Assembly (NCBI GenBank): GCA_002189035.1
Contig: CM007989.1
Span: 7,502,001-7,566,000 of the forward strand
Direction of reading: 5' to 3'
Length of the DNA stretch: 64,000 nt
DNA from: Utricularia gibba
Lineage: Eukaryota; Plantae; Magnoliophyta
Below the pieces are notes generated by a model. That model worked only from the letters and a program-made list of their open reading frames with translations. It was not told the DNA's origin and did no database searches. Numbering within the stretch: the first letter of the stretch is position 1; each line of letters starts with the position of its first letter. The translations under genes and the position numbers were made by a program. This document shows positions 25,617 through 39,294 of this stretch, piece by piece.

Positions 25617-26703
25617 AACCTGCAACAGCATGATGCTCAATAAGGCTTCTTTCGCGTAAATACATAATCTCATGAAAACATGACCACTAGCTATTCGGAT
25701 TTAACATGAAGAAGCTACTCCTGTAATTATTCTTAGAAAAGAAATTGATCGCATATACCCATGATAGCATATTATATATCATTGTGATGTTTTTTAGGGT
25801 TCTTTGTCTGTCAAACGAGCAGATTCATCAAAAGAAACTTGTCTGTGTGTGCTCTCTTTGGTGGATTGATTTCAGCCTAACGAAGTGTGTTCCTTTTCCT
25901 GTTGGGGCTAAAGAAAAATGGCGTCCCTTTGAAGGACGGACTCATGGCATCACTTTATTGTTCAAAAGGTTGTCCTTGAAACTTTATCCGCAAGTGAACT
26001 CCAACCAAAGGGAAATAAAAAAAGCTTTCTTTTCTACACTGCAAAGGGAACGCAATGTGAACCCATAGAATGCTTTCAGCGAGTTGAAAGAAACAACTTA
26101 CATTCTTCCATCTTTAGATATTCATACTACTTGTCGGTGCTAATGATCAGCATCTTTTTTTTAAATAAATTGCAGATTGGCTCCTCTGCTTCAAAGAATC
26201 CACACGCATTCATCAAATGTTCACACGGAGGTAGTATGTGTGAGTAATAAATAGGCATTTTGGGTATATATGGTGGGGTTTTGTGACAGAGAGATCTGGC
26301 AGAGCACAGGCAGGCAGACAGCATGCCGTGGCTGAGTGATTGATGTTTAGCCTCATGTGCAGTTCCAATGGTTCAAAAGTTGAAGACATAATGATGGGAG
26401 GAGCCACTTGAGCTCCAGAAAGCACATACAGAATGAACAGTAGTGAAATTTTTTGGCAAAACTCCACGGGAGCTCGTCATTGCAATTTTCTGACTGATCT
26501 TGGGTAAATAAAAATGACCTCCTACGGTTTTTCAGGATCCTATGAAAAAAAGCAAGAAAAAAAGACAACTTTTGAACAACTAGACGCATTTTGCTTGATC
26601 CTGCAAAACAGGAAGGTGATAAAGGTGTCTCAAAATGCAATGACCCACCACAACCGGGTGCATGCTGAAGAATGCGGGGATTGCTTAACTTTCGACATGC
26701 TAA

Positions 26704-29618
26704 TCAGATGCTAATTGAATGCAAACAAAATACAACTAACACTGCCAATAGAATCGAGGATATGGATTGAGGAGCTGAAGAGAATTCGCCATTGTACCTG
26801 AAAACGATGGAATGATTGTTAGTGTTTTCCTTCTGAGCACTGCACTTCCATGTGTTCCATGAAGTGTTGAAAAGATACCTTTGCATGTTGCGCAATGCGC
26901 CGCAGTATAGTGCATTGCCGGGTACAGGATTCACAGTTATGTTGCTGGTGTCTTCTGGATTGACTATTCTCATGTAGGTTTCCTGGCCAAGGTACCATCT
27001 CTCCAGATTTTCACTCCTCAGATTCCAGACACCAACATTGTCGAGGGAAACATATACTGCAGTCCATCCTCCAACAAAAACCTGGGAATAGACGACGGCC
27101 AATGACATCAATCAATCTAAGATGGGAAGAACCCGGGCACTGGATTTAGTGAAACCAACCAAATCTCTAGTATGAGTGCAAAATGAACAAGAGGGGTTTT
27201 CCTCTAGCTAAAATGAACTCCAATAGCCATCATGGCACTTGAGAAAAAAGATTTAGCGTCGCTTCATATCCTTACCTGCACCGTGGAGCGGGATATGGCG
27301 TCCCATCTGTTGTAAGACTCTCTGCAGTTTTCATTCCATTCACCAAATCCCATCCTATCAACGCACAGCATATTGTATCAGAAAAATGGGGATCACAACT
27401 CGATGCCTAACTAATATAAGGCTGTGGTTGGAGCACATACCCAACTACAAAGAATGAATAGCCATCAAGATGAAATGTCTGAACAACAGTGTCATTGTTC
27501 TGCAATACTATTTCAATAAACCCCTTATATGTTGCATTTATGACAGATATGTCTCTCACAGGTGCCTGATCCCAGGAGTTAGTGGGGAAGTCAAGCTTGT
27601 ATACACCCTTAACCTCGTATGCATCAGCAAGATTTATTGGTGTATCAGGGTTTACAAATGATATTCCATTATATGCAGCTCGAGATACCCCTTCAATCAG
27701 CATTGGAGGTAGCATTCTGAGAAAATAAACATCTGTGACATTGATGAATCCATAATGAAATGAACCTTGTGGATTGGGACGAGCCCCGCTTGCAGAACCA
27801 TTTTGCCTGATCAATAATATTGTGGATGAGAGTACATTAATCATGAAGAAAATCAGAATTACTGATCCAGGTACCTGATAGATAAGGCTTGATTCATGGA
27901 ATAATATGTATCATAGACATCATTGGGAGGGTCAGGAAGTGGACCGGATGCTGGTCCGTTGGAGTTGGAGTAATGCAGAACGGCAGCACCAGTCACTCTC
28001 GTCCAGAGAGATTCATTTACGAACCTTGCACTTGCTACAATGTAGTAATCACTGCTTGCATTCTGGTCTGTGGAGAGAAGAAAGGAGTAAGACTGGCCAA
28101 CATGGATGTCCAAGCTACTGTAATTCTGCATTGTAGTGTAGTAGCCCTCTGTTTCTACCAAAAGCAAATTATGGTTCTGAATTCGAAAGTTCAAACATGT
28201 TGAAGTTCCCACATTATGTACTCTGAGACGATATGTTTTTCCTGCGAGTTTGTAAAATGAGTCAGACTGCAGAGAAGAAGCTCAGAGCTTAGCCAATGCT
28301 AAGCAACTTACACTTTTCCAGCAGAAAATTAGTTACCAAAAACTTACCAGGGTCCACACTAAATGATTCATATTGAATTTCATCTGGAACAAGACTGGTG
28401 TTATATCTGTATGGACCTTTCCCATTAATCAGAACACCATCCGGCACACCCAAATTGCTCCCACTGTCAAGTGCAGCGCTTAGAGCCTGCAACGATTATG
28501 AAAGAGGTTAAAATGATGATGCAGTAAGGTAGAAACATGTCCACAATCATCAAACATAAACACAGACTGAGTGATCACCTACCGTATGATTACGAATATA
28601 CCAGTCACCAATAATGATAACAATTTCCCCATCTGGGGTAGCAAAAGGCACTGGAATGATTTCTCTGTTCATTATAACAAAGGGTCCAAACCCACCAGAC
28701 GCTCTCTGCAGGTTCAGTGATGGGAAGTAAAAGAAGCTACCAATCTGATCCTTAACCTGAAACTGATAGGTCCAGTTCCATCTTGGGGGTATTGGGCAAT
28801 TCGTACCAAGAAGACCATCTTGCCATGACGAGCGGCGCATTTGAATACCAGACCTATAGAAACAGAGCAACCATTTTCTCAGGAAAGTGGAAAGACTGGA
28901 AAATTAAGCAAGTTGTTCATCAACCACTGATGCCATACCATGTGACCAGTAGTTGCTCGTTTAGCTTATTCTTGACATTCACCACAACGTTGTTGTTTGT
29001 TGTGACATTAATAACAGGACCTGGGAACTGCTTGTTAACTGCTATAATCTACAAGAAGCAATCTGTATGTAAGATATCATAGCAAACTAGCAGAATGATA
29101 AACCCACAGATTGCAATGTAGAAAGCAAAATGAAGAAAAAAGAAAACATAATCAAGATATAACATGTCCAATGGCCAACAAAACCCGGGACCAAAATTTG
29201 TTAATTAGAAGAATATATTTGCAGGGCCACCCTTTCTGTATTGTCTACCATGGTGGTCCTCCTCAGAACTTGCGAACCGGACCAAGGGCCCCCTTTGTAT
29301 CCATCACAGATAAGAATAAAAGAATGAAGTAAAGAAACACAGTGATCCAGATCCAAAAGGAGGAAGCAAGATACCTTCTTTACGTCCCATTTACCGAGGA
29401 ATGTAAAAAAAAAAGGGAATCTCGAAAAGACATAAACCAAGAATCACAATTCAGACCCCAGAAATGGGGAGCAGTGGCAAGAAGTGTTTGACCTGTTGAG
29501 GTACTCCAAGCGGAGAAACGGTAGCGTAAGAGAACTCCAAGTCGAAGTACACATAAGGGTCAGCCGCAAAAGAAACACCGATTACCAAACCAAACCATAT
29601 CCAGAACAAACACCCCAT
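26704..29618 (-). CDS. SKU5/SKS monocopper oxidase-like protein, probably GPI-anchored
   Basis: Signal peptide MGCLFWIWFGLVIGVSFA-ADPYVYFD; WQDGLLGTNCPIPPRWNWTYQFQVKDQIGSFFYFPSL; PDGVLINGKGPY; FHLDGYSFFVVG; LDNVGVWNLRSENL; hydrophobic C-terminus after NGEFSS. Confidence 0.92.
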
Positions 29619-31314
29619 CCCCCAATCCCAGTAAATCGGATAGGGAATGGAATGCAGTCAACAACGTTTCCGTTCCAAGGCCTCCCCTCACTTGAGTGAA
29701 TTCAGCCAATCGAATCGTCAAGATTCTACAACCCTCTTCCGTATATGCAAAATCCTCGTCCTTATCAGTGTGACATTGGCCAAAGAGATAGAGAAAAGAG
29801 GAGGTGGTCTCTCGTCTCCGATCTCCGCGGCGGTTACGTTATTCTATTTTGCAGGCGCAGCGTTTGAAATTACTCTCCTCCGTCACTAATAGAGTGCGGC
29901 GTGATGATCGTTGCTGCACACCGGCTACTTACCCAGCCGGTCCGCGCCCCAACAACCCCAAACTCTGACCCGAATAATTGTATCTCATGAGTGGAAAAAG
30001 ATTCTGTTATAATCCACCGGCTGTTACTGGCTAGCGTCGTGGCGGATTCTTTTTGGTGATGCCATGTCAGCTGGGCCCATCTCCCCAATGTGTGGATTAT
30101 GTGGACCCCACTAGAATAATCATCCAGCCATCTTTCTTTTTTGGCAAGTACATAAATCAGTGACCTTAAAAATGTAATTGGTTGAACAAGGGCAAATCGG
30201 TACTTATGCTTTTGATATTTGTACTATTTTTTTGGTAAATAAAATTTTCAACTTTTTAACATAAAAAAGTTAGAAATATATAATTTTAAGTATAAAATTG
30301 AAATGACATATTTTTATATAATTAATTAAAGTATTGAATGAATAAAATTATTATTTACATAAATTTAAAGCATTAAATGCATTATCATCCTAAGTTCATA
30401 ATCATTGATACCTCATAAATTATATATTCTTTAATAAATTACATAATGAGCATTGAACTTATTTGAAATATTTAGTATTTTTTTGATTTCAAATAATCTA
30501 AAGTGAAACATGTGCTACTATATTCATAGTCCTTTTTAATTTTTTTTCATATCTATACCTCATCTTGATTTTAATATGGACACAATCCACTAAAGAATGA
30601 TGAATTGATTCCTAAAACCTTTTCAATTCTTTGCATATAGTAAAATCTATCACATGTGATTATTCATATTATTGGATCAACCATTGTATCCATTTCATAT
30701 AGTTGGTCTCCACCATATCATATCCTTGTTTTGTTGACCAGCAATTCATAGCTTTTACATGGTATATTTCTCCAATATGATCTTTATCTATCTTTACTTG
30801 TTCTAATTGCTTTAGGACAAATGAGATAGAGTTGAAGCAAGAATAACTCTTCTACTTGATGGATTGGTTCAAAATTCTATTCATATGTGAGGTGGGGTAA
30901 TATGGAAAACAATAACAATGGACATGGTATGATCATTTAGAAAAATGGTCATTGAATCTTTTTATCTCAAACATTATAATAAAAAATTTATAAATACAAT
31001 GATTATTTTTTTCACATATTCAAAATACAATGACCAAATATATAATACATTATGCTATGGCATGCTCCTTCCTGCTCTGTATTTGACACTGTGGGAATCA
31101 TTCTTTGAATGTATTTGAGATTTGGGTTTGGAGATCCATTTCTCTGTGGGAACAGCAATGAAAACTGATCCATGGTTTGAATGGCCTTTCTCAGTAAAAG
31201 TGTGGTGCGTATACACTGTGGTGGGTACTGCAACTCAATACAGAAAGCTTCCTGCACGCCTTAGGCTGACAGCATGCAGTAGTAGTGCACAAGAATGGGG
31301 GGGATAATCGGCAA

Positions 31315-34093
31315 TCACAAGGCCTGATCGGAGGAGAACAAATCTCGAATGCCTGCGGATTTCATCTTCCACACCTTCACCGTCGCCCTGACTCGCGCAC
31401 CCGTCGCATTGTTGAAAAGCAGAACTTCCGATGGACTGTCGATCGCTTGGGTTGGATAAATCCGAGACGTGATCACTGTTCTTCCTGCCTGAGCAAAGCT
31501 CTCCACGATCGAATGATCCACCTACACCGCAATCATAAGGTTAGTTTTCAAGGAAAGTTTGAAGCATTGCACTACGCCATGAACTCACCAGCGATCGGAT
31601 TGTCAGCTTTTCGCCTTTGAGGACTGGGACTGTGTCTCCGAACACTCCGCTATTCACGTCCAACGCCTTCGAGGACCTGAATTTACAGAAGTTTCTGAGT
31701 GTCTTTGCCAGGGGAAACAGGGGGGGGGGGGGTATGGTATGGATGCTGTAAAACAACTGACCTCAACTGATCGGCGCAAAAATGGTATTCCGATTGACCA
31801 TTGGGCTTCTTGGCGATGTAGAAGTATACGGGAGTTAACTCAGATAACTGCTTGTAGGCGAGCACCACAATTCCGAACGGTCCCAGCAGTCCTCTGCTGG
31901 CTGCGCCGCCGCTGGTGGTGCAGCTGTAGCCGGAATCGGCGACACCCACTGCCGCAGCATCATCTTCCTCGATTTCGAACGACGCCTCTATATCCAACTA
32001 CATAAAAGCCCAGATTGTTAACGACCTTTTTCCAGAGGAGCTGCGAAAAATATGTTATCGAACCTGTGAATCACCGTCGACGTGGAGGGGCACTGTGGAG
32101 CCCGGCTCAAGCCCCACATCCTTGAATTCAAAACTCTTCTCTCTCAAGCTCTCCACCTCCTCCACCGGCCATTGTATAAGATTTGTTCCCGTTTTCCGAT
32201 CAAGCACGACGGTTCTCGGTATGGACTGAATCCATCAAGTAATCGTCAGCACATCTCAATTATTTGAAGGAATTTGTTTAGTATTGACGGTTACCTGGAC
32301 GGACGCCCAGCCTTTGATGATGTCGACACGTTCAGCGTCAGTTTCCCTGATCCAACCCCACAAAATCCTCCTGTTCTTTTTCTGATCGTAAAACGTCTTG
32401 GAGGCGTAGTACTCACCGTAATCGTATCTCAGGCCGATCCCGACGTCCAAAGCCGGATCGTCCGGCGTCCACCGGTTCGACGCCGCGTCGTATGTCCCCA
32501 GAGCGTAATAATCGTGCTTATCATCATCCAAGCTCGCCTTCAACACATGTTTGAATCCAGGGCCGTTGGCCGACGTATCCGCCCCGTAGCCAGAATCCAC
32601 CGGAACCGGATAGAAATCGATGCACTCCCACATACCCGTACCCGGAACCGCGTGCAAGTACCCATCAAGGAGCTGGTACTCCACGAAATCGGGCGTCTCG
32701 TAGACGAGCGCTACACCCGTTTTGTTGACCTTCGAACCGATCACGATCCGCCACTTCTCGCCGTCGTTAGCGAGCCACGCGGTGGATGGGTCCCGGAAGT
32801 CCTTTTTGCCGATCCCTGGCGGCGGGGTGAGCACGGGATTAGAGGGGTGCTTGGCCCACTGGAGGAGAAGAGGGTCGGAGAGGTTGGCCGGGACGGCAAG
32901 GCACTGCACCTGACCGCCGTCGTTGGCGGCGCCGGTGTAGAGCATGACTATCCTCCCCCGGGGAGAAGTGTGGCTGAGCCGGTCCACACCCCCATGACAT
33001 CGTACCAGTGATCGGGAACCATGGAGTAGGGAAGATGAAACCAGTGGATCAGATCCCGGGAGACGGCATGGCCCCATGTTATGGTTCCCCACACAGCAGC
33101 CTCGGTGTTATACTGGTAGAACAGGTGGTACCATCCGCCGTAATACAACGGACCTGCATCCACAAATCCACCCAAAAATCTACAAATCAAATTCCGATAT
33201 CTCCTTCTGCCATACGTATTCACTTCATCGGCCCGACACGCCACCGCGTCGGTGGATCGGACCTAGTAACAGACCAGTTATATCTCCCATCGTTTTAGTG
33301 TAAAAAGGCAATACTGTCATTTCTGGGTAGGTGTCGTCGGTTAAACATGTGCGCATGTGTTTGTGCGCTGTGTGAGGGCAACATTCTGTAATAAAATACA
33401 GGATCGCCTTCGCCACTAAATTATTATATCCTGTAGCCATCGTGGCTTCGATAATCCCATCTCATATCAGAAAACGGTTGAATTGAAAAAGAAAAAGGCG
33501 ATGACTTGGACCACCCGCTAGAAGTTACAAAATCGTGATCCTCTAATCTGCGCATCTTTTGGGAGATGTCGTCCCGGACCCCCAAAGTATCAGAATTTCT
33601 GAACACGAAGGAGGTGTTTGAAGATACAGATGATTGGGTTGGGCTGTTCTTCTGGGGAGTTGTGTTTGTGTTCGGATAGTGTTTATGAAGTATCAGAGCG
33701 CTGTGATGCAGAAAAGTAGGTAGAAAAATGGATGAAGAAGAAGCAGAAGAAGAGACTTACCATCAGGATCTGGAGCGAGCGAGCAGGAGAGTACCAACGG
33801 GCCACATGAGAAGAGACACGAAGTTAAAACAGAAACTCTTGAGAATCTACAAGCGAAGAAACAAATCTTTCAAAGGGAAAACACCCACCGTTCATCCAGT
33901 TCTTGGAGGGCTGAAAGTGGAAGGCCGTCCTTTGCCACGACAGAACCGCGTTAGGCCAAGCGTAGGTCAACTCCCCGGCGCCGCCCACCCGGAACACCTT
34001 ATCCGAGACGCCTCCTCTCGACTCCGGTAGGCCGGCGGTGAGCACCAAAGACACCGCCAGCAATACAAACGGGAGACAACCCCTGCCGGCCAT
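31315..34093 (-). CDS. Acid beta-fructofuranosidase (GH32), vacuolar-invertase clade; -1 frameshift at 32955-32959 as assembled
   Basis: [16 protein letters not shown]|DPD|[16 protein letters not shown]; WTGSAT; DFRDPSTAW; [11 protein letters not shown]; YYASKTFYD; [23 protein letters not shown]. Confidence 0.93.
33761..33769 (-). other. 9-nt invertase mini-exon (ATCCTGATG, encoding DPD)
   Basis: Flanked by ccag| and |gtaagt; exon 1 ends AAC G at 33889 and exon 3 starts GT CCG at 33153, giving WMNDPDGP in frame. Confidence 0.9.
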
Positions 34094-35949
34094 TCTTCAA
34101 CTGGGTCTGGGGTTCGGAATCAGACATCCCCATGAGGCCACACATATATATACAGAAACAGGTAAGCCGTGCTCATTATTCCACAGGGATTGGATGCCCT
34201 TTATTGAATTATCCAAACAAGAAATGTACATCATTTGAAAGTGTGGTAGAAGATGGAACACCTAACCAGATTCACCATACCTCCACCTCCATGGGACCAA
34301 ACCAGCAAACCTCCCTGTTCACTCAAGGAATGTGAACCAAGGGATGAGTCAGCATGATTCATGATTCATTCGATGGATGATTCTGGAAAAGCAGATGATT
34401 CATTTCCGTGGTTTAGATTCCGCTCATCCCTACACTTCTCTTACTATGGGAACATCATGTGTAGGCATGAATGGACTCATTCTTGTCCAGAAAACAATGC
34501 ACCTGTTCCCAATTAAATGTGAACATAACAAAACCCTTTATTTATTGCAACGATGGTATTGTGTTTTATATACCAATTTCAAAATAAATCCCATGAATAA
34601 AGATTTTTTAATGTGAAACCAGTTCTTTATCCTCTTCACCCAATCCTACTAGTCAAAATTTTACGAAAAAAAAAACATTTTTTTTTATTTCAATCCTTCC
34701 CACCGACACAAATACGTTATTAGTTAGCGTACGGCGGTGGTGATGTAATAACGTATTAATCCGGATTAGTGGTGCAATAATGCGCTGATTGGACGTGTAA
34801 TAATGTAATTTATTTCCAATTAAAATAAAATAAAAACATGTAGCGTGATACATGTGGCGGAGTGCGTTGTCATCCATTTATTCATGAACGTGGTGCTGGC
34901 GCCTGTCTCATATGATCATTCTCGTTTTTTGCCCATTTCTTATTTTTAATAAAAATAATAGTAAAACAAAAAGTCTTTTTTTCCCCTTCCACAAGACGAT
35001 ATAGAGTGGGTCATTACGTACACGTTTTCCACCTTGGTGATTGTTTAAGTGTCAATTGCAATGACATCACTGATGACGTCACCATGAAGGAGATCCAGGA
35101 TAATTTACAAAATTGGCCACCAAAAAATTTTAACTTATGGTGACCACTGTTTTCCAACACGTCACCAAGGAGAGCGAAATTTGTAATACACTCCCAATTT
35201 ATTTGGACATAAGTATGCGATTAATGTATTAAATGGGATGCTAACATTACTTTAATCGAGTTTAATATATAATATGATTTAACCATGATTTTAGATTGAA
35301 CTGGTTTTTTACAAAAATTATTGAATCGAATCCAAAAAAAATTATAAATTCGTATTAAACCGAGCGAATACGCGTAAGATTAGAATTATTTAAATTTACT
35401 TTTAAGAAATTACATATGTATCCTTTAATCATTATATTATAGGCGAATACCGACTTAATATTTTAATCATACATTACAAATCTTATCCACTCGGCAAGCA
35501 ATCCTACTTATAAATCTTATCCTTTCAAATACTTTAAAATAATATCTCGAACCAAACAGCATTGACCTTTTTGTAAATAAATATATTAAATCCATTTTCT
35601 TTTTTATTGTTTTTATATTTTAATTTAATAAAATAATTAAATATAAATATTGATTTTTAAAATATAAAGCAAAACTTAAATTATGTAAAATACGATTACT
35701 AAAATATACTTAGAATTGTCATAATTATGAAAAAAAAAGTTTTCAGTACACTTTAAAATTGAATGATGAGGTTGGACGGAATCTAAAAAATGCACGACTC
35801 GTATTGGGTTTTAAAATAGGATCGATAGAAGCCTAATGGTCTGGGCTGCTGCTCTTTTGAGGCTCGCCCAGCGAAGGCCCAATAAACACTCCACCAACGA
35901 ATTCGTCATCCATCGTCTTCACTCAATCGGCAACCTTCGACCCAGAGAT

Positions 35950-36110
35950 AAAAGTTGGGCCGGGCCGGGCCGGCCCGACCCTATTTCAGCGGGCCTCGTC
36001 AAGTTTCGGGTTAGAGCCGGGCTAAAGCTCGATTATAAAAAAGTATGATTCATATGGTCCTAGCCCGATTAATCATTGGGCTGGGCTGACCCTACCCGGC
36101 CCACGGGCCT
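35950..36110. mobile_element. Possible remnant of a non-autonomous hAT-like element (GCCCG/CGGGC cluster)
   Basis: Dense GC-rich cluster of gggccgggccggcccgaccc/gcccg motifs in otherwise AT-rich DNA; no TIR or TSD resolved. Confidence 0.3.
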
Positions 36111-37449
36111 ATCATATTATTAAATAAAATTTTTAAATTTTTTTAAATATTAATATACATTTTAATATTATTTAAATAATTTATAGAAAAAAAATTAAAA
36201 TTATTAATTCATATTATATATCCTAAAAATAAATAGTGTATAAAATGAATTTAAATTATTCAAAATTAAATATTTTTATAATTATTATACATAGAAACCA
36301 TATTTTTAAAATTATTAGAAACCTGCGTGGGACAAAAGAAACGTCAATTTGGGTGAACGGGAAGCTCGGCGGCGACGAAAATACCCGCAGATTGTTCGTC
36401 GGAATGCTAAAATGAAAGGGCGAGCGAGCGGAAGACTTGACCCGAGTTTGCAATAAATATTGGACCATTAACTAAATCAAACGTGTCTAAAGACACACAT
36501 TATGTTCATCCTAAAATCCACGTGCAAAAAAAATACATTGGACTTGTTTGCTAATTCTAAAGTGTTTCAAATTATGTAAATAGAATCATTTTGTGTAATA
36601 GTATAAAATTATATTTATTTTTTTTAAATAAAATATATATTTATAAAAAATATATACTAAATTATTATTTGATTTAATATTAATATTTTAAAAAATAGAT
36701 AAAATTGAATAATATAATTTTACTAATTAATTTTTATTTAACCACTAAAACAAATATCTTAAAACTCAATAATTTATTACAAAATCTTAATTTTTTATTT
36801 TACTATATAACATTTATAGAATACTTATATATTAAATAAACTGAATTATAAACATTTATGTCTAAATCAATACATATAAATCGATTATATCGATGTAAAA
36901 GATCAATAACGAGATCATTATAATAAAAATAGTATATGATTAAATTGATGAACATTGCATCTAATACCACTATGTTGACTCTTGTTACATTCATTTCTAG
37001 TAGGGTTCTTGAAATCATTCGAAATTATAGATTATAATATCATACGAGAAGATTTTATAATTCGTTTTACAATATTATTAATGATCGTAAATCTTAAGAG
37101 TATGATTACTTGTTGGCCGAAACGAATGAGCATATAATATAGATAAAGAACAACCTGGTTACGCAAATGGAATGGAGGAGCTCCACTCGAGGAAGGTGAC
37201 AATGACGTCCTTTTGGTCAGCAGAGGGCCCCACGTGCCGTGCACCCTGCACGCTGCACGTGCTTTACTATTTTAGATGACATTATTTGTTTGCCTGGGAA
37301 ATTCTCTTTTATTGAAGATGCGTTCTGTGGGCGACAAAGCGTAAGAGACACGAGGCTGTATTCTCATCCTCCACGGCGGTCCCGACTTGGGGTTTCGTGA
37401 AGCGGGTGGTTGCGGGTGGTTGCGGGTGCCTCCTTCCTTCGTCGATCGA

Positions 37450-39204
37450 ATGGGTTTCTCGCCGGGGCACGTGGCGGCAATCTCCGGCTCCGATGGGGTC
37501 GTGATTTACAAGGGCAGAATCACGGCCTTCGTCTTGTTTTCCTGCCTTGTCGCAGCCACCGGAGGGCTTATTTTCGGATATGACAACGGTGTCACTGGTT
37601 TGTTTGTTTGCCGTTCTCAGATTTTCTTTTAGTTTGGTTTTGTTTTGCATTCTGTTAGCTTGTGTTTCTTTGCTCAGGAGGGGTCACTTCCATGGATCCC
37701 TTCTTGAAGGAATTCTTTCCCGGAATATACAAGCAGATGGAGGATCAACAGACCTCTGCTTACACCAGCAACTACTGCAAATTTGACAGCCAGATTCTCA
37801 CACTTTTCACTTCATCGCTTTTCCTCGCTGGTCTCATTGCCTCCTCCTTCGCTTCCGCGGTTACCAGAAGGTCAGGCCGGAGAGTGTCCATCCTCATCGG
37901 CGGCGCTTCTTTTCTTTCCGGCGCTCTCATCGGTGCTTCCGCCGTTCATGTCTCCATGCTCATAATTGGCCGTCTACTGTTGGGAATCGGTGTCGGTTTC
38001 ACCAATCAGGTAGCTGCCAGGAATCGGCGTCGGTGTAGGTGTGGATTCCATGCTTATAACTTGAATCCTTTCTCCTTTCCTTTTTTTCCAGTCGGTGCCG
38101 TTGTATTTGTCGGAGATGGCGCCGGCCCGGTACAGAGGAGCATTCAGTACCGGGTTCCAGTTCTGCGTCTGCATCGGAGTAATATTCGCCAACATCCTTA
38201 ACTACGTGGTCAATGAAATTAAAATCAGCTGGGGATGGCGGGTTTCGCTCGCCATGGCGGCGGTTCCGGCGGCGGTACTTGCAATAGGTGGTCTATTCCT
38301 CCCGGAAACGCCCAACAACCTGATTGAAAACGGTGCGAGCAGAGACAAAGTTGAGAAGCTTCTGCAGAAAATCAGAGGAATCGATGACGTGGAGGAAGAA
38401 CTAAACGATCTCATCGGTGCCAGGGATTCAGCGGGAGGGATCGTGAATCAGTCCCCATTCAAGAGCATTCTCCGTCGCAGATACCGGCCGCAATTGGTGA
38501 TGGCAATCGCCATCCCCTTCTTCCAACAGGTCACCGGAATCAACATCGTCACGTTCTACGCCCCGATTCTATTCAGAACAATCGGCGCCGGCGTCAGCGC
38601 CTCGCTGATGTCCGCTCTCATCATCTCTGCCATCGGTACAACCATGACAGTACTCTCGATGGTGATCGTCGACAAATTCGGCCGCCGCGCCCTTTTCATC
38701 GCCGGCGGGATTCAAATGATTATTTGCCAGGTACTCATTGGAGCAATCTTGAGTCTTGAGCTCAGGGATCACGGTGAACTAAGCAAACAACACAGCGTCA
38801 TCGTACTGATCTTAATGTCGTTCTACGTGGCCGGATTCGGGCTCTCGTGGGGGCCGTTGGGGTGGCTTGTGACAAGCGAGATTTTCCCAATGGAGATCAG
38901 ATCAGCAGGGCAGAGCGTGAGTATCGCGACGAACTTCCTGGTCATCTTTGTAATCGCGCAAGCTTTTCTGGCGATGTTGTGCCGTTTGAAGGCCGGGGTT
39001 TTCTTCTTCTTCGCGGCGTGGGTGGCCGTCATGACAGTTTTCGTGTACGGGTGGCTGCCGGAGACGAAGGATGTGCCGATCGAGAAGATGGGCACGATCT
39101 GGAGAAAGCATTGGTACTGGAGCAGATTCGTCCACCGCCCTGCAGAAGAGACGGCAGGGGAGACGGATGATCCAACCCTTGGATTACTCACGGCTGTCAT
39201 ATAG
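37450..39204 (+). CDS. Sugar transport protein (STP/HEX6-like hexose-H+ symporter), 3 exons
   Basis: GGLIFGYDNG..G|GVTSMDPFLKEFFP; NYCKFDSQILTLFTSSL; GVGFTNQ|SVPLYLSEMAP; PETPNNLIE; FFQQVTGINIVTFYAP; WSWGPLGW-like LSWGPLGWLVTSEIFP; LPETKDVPIE. Confidence 0.94.
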
Positions 39205-39294
39205 TGGGACCCACATTATAACATGATGATTTGGTGGTGGGATTTGTATTAATGGTACAAAGGATGACATCACATCATGTGGCAAATAACGTTC

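Noticed and set aside
26127-26640. Minus-strand ORFs downstream of the SKS gene; TGACAGAGAG resembling miR156
   Set aside because: ORFs start at non-ATG codons and lack motifs; the miR156 match breaks after 7 nt.
30600-30860. Possible degenerate Copia RT fragment (IEKVL)
   Set aside because: Single short motif, no YVDD and no LTR/PBS.
32274-33011. 245-aa plus-strand ORF, and similar long antisense ORFs over TCP, STP, LRR-RLK and SUVH
   Set aside because: Antisense shadows of GC-rich coding exons with no independent motifs.
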